Source: a virus
Taxonomy: Duplodnaviria > Caudoviricetes
Length of the DNA stretch: 49,193 nt
Strand: one strand, 5' to 3'
IMG/VR virus record: IMGVR_UViG_3300028293_000009
Coordinates: 1 to 49,193 of that record
The notes under the pieces are model-generated. The model was given only the letters and a program-made list of their open reading frames with translations. It had not been told where the DNA came from and did not search any database. The first letter of the stretch is position 1, and every line of letters starts with the position of its first letter. Shown piece by piece: positions 45,888 through 49,193 of the stretch. Position numbers and translations under genes: made by a program.

Positions 45888-45917
45888 TTGACACGGTGCG
45901 GAGACGGTCCGTAGAAA
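45888..45917 (+). promoter_or_regulatory. sigma70-type promoter
   Basis: TTGACA-N18-TAGAAA; spacer shares GGA(C/G)ACGGTC with the 2992 promoter. Confidence 0.55.
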
Positions 45918-46042
45918 AAGGCGGGCCGCTCGACCTCCACTCAAAAGATCGGCGGCCCTCGACAGGAACGGTGAGGACTTCTACCCAAGGCCGGCTCGCT
46001 GGGCAACCTCTCCGTCCCTTTCTCCCGATGGGGGAGGGGGGG

Positions 46043-46127
46043 CTCTGTACTCTAACCTCTTCTGCTCTGACTCTGCCTTCGAGGGTTTTTCTCGGGTACA
46101 GAGTACAGAGGGCAGAAGAGGTTAGAG
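46043..46127. repeat. long inverted repeat, candidate replication origin
   Basis: Perfect 16-bp arms CTCTAACCTCTTCTGC (46050-65) / GCAGAAGAGGTTAGAG (46112-27); alternative 11-bp pairing 46043-53/46100-10. Confidence 0.75.
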
Positions 46128-46155
46128 GGGGTATACGTGCTTCAGAGGGGCGAAT

Positions 46156-46518
46156 GTGACCGAGGACCCTTCGGAGATCCTCGTCATGCTCCGCACGCTG
46201 ACGGAGATCGGCTACCGCGACCTCTGCAAGGACGGTGGGCCGAAGCGCCTCGCGCTCGCGCGCGGACTGCAGAAGGCCGGCGTCACCGACCTCGTGTTGC
46301 GGATGCTCTGGGACTTCGCGCGCACGGCCGACAAGTACGGAAGCCCCGAGCGGCTTCTCTGCTACTGGCTCGGCAACCCGCGCGTGACCATGATGAAGAT
46401 CGCCGAGATGCGCCGGCACAACGTCTGGCTCGCGAAGCGATACGACGACGCGCAGAAGATGCCGCCGGACGCCGTCGAAGCTCCGATCATCGACATCAAG
46501 ACGCAGAAAAAGGTGTGA
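46156..46518 (+). CDS. hypothetical protein next to the inverted repeat
   Basis: GTG start, GAGGGG RBS, clean codon bias. Confidence 0.65.
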   Translation: MTEDPSEILVMLRTLTEIGYRDLCKDGGPKRLALARGLQKAGVTDLVLRMLWDFARTADKYGSPERLLCYWLGNPRVTMMKIAEMRRHNVWLAKRYDDAQKMPPDAVEAPIIDIKTQKKV

Positions 46519-46592
46519 CCCCTTGCGTCGGTCGGAGTCATGCGGCACCGTGTGTCACGCACGAACCGCACCTACAAACACGGAGAACTCTG

Positions 46593-48377
46593 ATGCCGAA
46601 GCTCGCTCTCGTCACTCACCACGACAAGCCGGTTGAGGGATGGTTCCCGACCAACCTCGAGGGATCGCCGCCATTCCTCACCGGTGCAACGCCTCTACTC
46701 CGCTACGTTGTCGGGAAGCAGAGCGGCCTCGACACCCACAACTGCGACGTCTTCTGCACTCTCGATCCCCACTCAAAGCTCGAGGTCGACCTCGCCGAGT
46801 CTCTCGCCGATTCGTTCTCCCTGCCGCCGCCGGCGAAGTGTGACGCTTGGCTCGGCGGAGTTCCGGTGAGGATCGGTGGCGTGCGGATGACGAGGGTGTC
46901 GACGGCCGTCAACGGCGCGGCCTACGACATTCACTACAAGGCCAGGATCGGGCCGATGCTTCTCGTTCACGTCTTCCTGCACTGGTATCCCGATCAGGCG
47001 TGGTGCCCTGGCGAGATCATGCTGTGTGCGAGCAACCAGGCGTTCCCCGACATGATCGCCACGATCCCCGCGAACCTGAGACTGCAGATCGGCGAGGCCC
47101 TCGTCAGCGTCCCCGGCCTTCCGTTCAATCCGGTCTTGATGCAGGAAGGAGACTGGCTCGCTCACGGCCAGGTTCGTGCGCTTCCGTTCACGCTGACGTG
47201 GCTCGAGTTCGCAACGGCTATGGATAAGGAGACGGCCTTCGCGGTGAGCAACTCACTGATCCAGGTCCGCGGCATCGAGAACCTGATGCTCGGAGGGAAC
47301 CCTTTCTTACCCGAGGGATTCGACGCGCTCGCATGGACCAACGGCCTGCTGCCGACCGTGATCGCGAAACAGCATGACTGGCTCGACTCGCCTCTGGATC
47401 CGGCGATGGACTCGCGCCGGCCCGGAGCGCAAGGAGCGCAGAGTTTCGCGGCGGGACCGGCCATGGCCGACCCGACAGCGATGGCCGTCATCGACATCGC
47501 GGCTCGCGACGGGTCGTGGCCCATGGTCCACATGGAAGCCGACGGCGAGACGCTGCAGTGGTGGATGCATCCGAACCTGCGGATCTACACCGGGCAGGCC
47601 AACACGAGGATCTGCACGGACTGGCTCGGCAAGCCGCGCGTCGTCACGTCTGCTGAGGCGCACGGCTACGCCGGGCCAGAGGACGAGCACTGGTTCGACT
47701 TCATCCTTTGGCCCGGCGCGCGGCTCAAGGGTCGACCGGCGATGCAGCGCCTGATGGAGGCGCACGCGGTCAACTTCCTGTTCCGCTGGGTCACCGAACC
47801 GCCGGGAAACTGGTTGAGCGCGAACCGTGCGATGGGGTGGCTGGGCTTTGTCGCCGGCGAGCTCTTCCGCGGTCTGGCGGATCGCGCGCTCGCAGACGCG
47901 GTCGCCGCCAGGTTCAAGGCGGTCGTCGATCAGCTCATCATCCCGATCATGGGACCGAACGACGCGTGGTGGAGCTGGACCAACGCCGGCAGCATCGGCG
48001 CCAGCGACAGCGATCTGCGCGCGATGCCGTGGCAGGCCGAAGTGATGGCGGTGGGAATGTGGTACGCCGGCACGGTCTGCGGCCACGCTCCAGCGGTGGA
48101 CTTCGCCTACAAGATGTCGGAGGAGATCGTCAAGCGAGCGTGGTTCAAGCGAGTCGACGGCTACTGGGTCTCGCGCGACGTGATCGCGCAGAACGGCGCC
48201 GACCTTCCCTACTACGACGCCTATCGCCACTTCGGCATGAAGGCCTGCGACGTCTTACTGAAGCGCGACCCCGCGCACGTCGCGGCCGGCGAGATTTGGC
48301 GCCAGCGCAAGAAGGAAGCGGCGAAGGATCTCTACATGCTGTCCTGGTTCCTCCCCGGCGTCTCGACCACGACTTGA
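46593..48377 (+). CDS. 594-aa protein, possible beta-domain plus alpha/alpha-barrel carbohydrate-active enzyme
   Basis: GGAG RBS; Trp-rich helical C-terminal half (DEHWF, RAMGW, PWQAEV); function is a guess. Confidence 0.55.
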   Translation: MPKLALVTHHDKPVEGWFPTNLEGSPPFLTGATPLLRYVVGKQSGLDTHNCDVFCTLDPHSKLEVDLAESLADSFSLPPPAKCDAWLGGVPVRIGGVRMTRVSTAVNGAAYDIHYKARIGPMLLVHVFLHWYPDQAWCPGEIMLCASNQAFPDMIATIPANLRLQIGEALVSVPGLPFNPVLMQEGDWLAHGQVRALPFTLTWLEFATAMDKETAFAVSNSLIQVRGIENLMLGGNPFLPEGFDALAWTNGLLPTVIAKQHDWLDSPLDPAMDSRRPGAQGAQSFAAGPAMADPTAMAVIDIAARDGSWPMVHMEADGETLQWWMHPNLRIYTGQANTRICTDWLGKPRVVTSAEAHGYAGPEDEHWFDFILWPGARLKGRPAMQRLMEAHAVNFLFRWVTEPPGNWLSANRAMGWLGFVAGELFRGLADRALADAVAARFKAVVDQLIIPIMGPNDAWWSWTNAGSIGASDSDLRAMPWQAEVMAVGMWYAGTVCGHAPAVDFAYKMSEEIVKRAWFKRVDGYWVSRDVIAQNGADLPYYDAYRHFGMKACDVLLKRDPAHVAAGEIWRQRKKEAAKDLYMLSWFLPGVSTTT

Positions 48378-48409
48378 GTGACCACACCCTGACGCCCGTG
48401 AGGCTATCC

Positions 48410-48578
48410 ATGAACGTCGAAGCCGTGCTGCGGGCGGAGCGCGCCGAGCTCCCAAGCGGCGACGTACTATCTGACCCACGAGCGCGGTCGGGCCAAGCAC
48501 CGCGAGGAGTCGAACCTCATCGGCGAATCGGCACGCCTCAACGCGACCATGCTGAAGACCCTCGTTGCCGCCCTGTAG
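48410..48578 (+). pseudogene. small ORF interrupted by a +1 frameshift
   Basis: MNVEAVLRAERAEL then, after one extra C at CTCCCAA (48449-55), QAATYYLTHERGRAKHREESNLIGESARLNATMLKTLVAAL*. Confidence 0.45.
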
Positions 48579-48631
48579 GGCGGCCCTGGAACAACCCATC
48601 CCCACCAACAACGACGAGAAGGAGCTAGACC

Positions 48632-49193
<562 letters not shown>

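Noticed and set aside
46031-46038. KOPS-like GGGGAGGG octamer oriented towards the dif-like site
   Set aside because: A single occurrence within a G-run is expected by chance. I did not establish genome-wide polarity.

Overview
The window looks like a near-complete, circularly permuted genome of a high-GC tailed dsDNA phage with podovirus-like architecture. It is opened inside an Ala-rich GCC-repeat gene whose 5' part is at the window end (48632-49193) and whose 3' part is at the start (1-171). The minus-strand virion operon (about 43050 to 13285) runs: putative TerS, GroES, a large terminase split into separate ATPase and nuclease ORFs, portal, scaffold, major capsid, two paralogous virion proteins, tail adaptor, a 1733-aa nozzle with LamG-like inserts, an Mtd_N-type fibre protein, holin-like and lipoprotein genes, and ejection proteins ending in a 2928-aa polyvalent protein. 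The accessory regions carry a DEDD exonuclease, RecT, an Acb2/Tad1-like sponge, an Hjc-type resolvase, an amino-MTase, an HNH nuclease, an ECF-type sigma factor, an XRE HTH, a Tat-signal protein, a DUF6527-like protein and an orphan C5-MTase C-terminal fragment. I recognise no integrase, DNA polymerase, helicase, primase or endolysin. The most notable signals are: (1) a 28-bp dif-like XerC/XerD site (3534-3561) together with an FtsK-gamma-like winged helix inside the putatively injected giant protein, suggesting phage-triggered use of host XerCD; (2) two tandem NrdR-box-like pairs, each ahead of a TTGACA promoter, one preceding a candidate origin and one preceding a roughly 310-nt structured RNA candidate; (3) a duplicated covarying leader/promoter motif upstream of the ECF sigma operon; (4) the split TerL. 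All family assignments come from reading motifs by eye; no database search was run.
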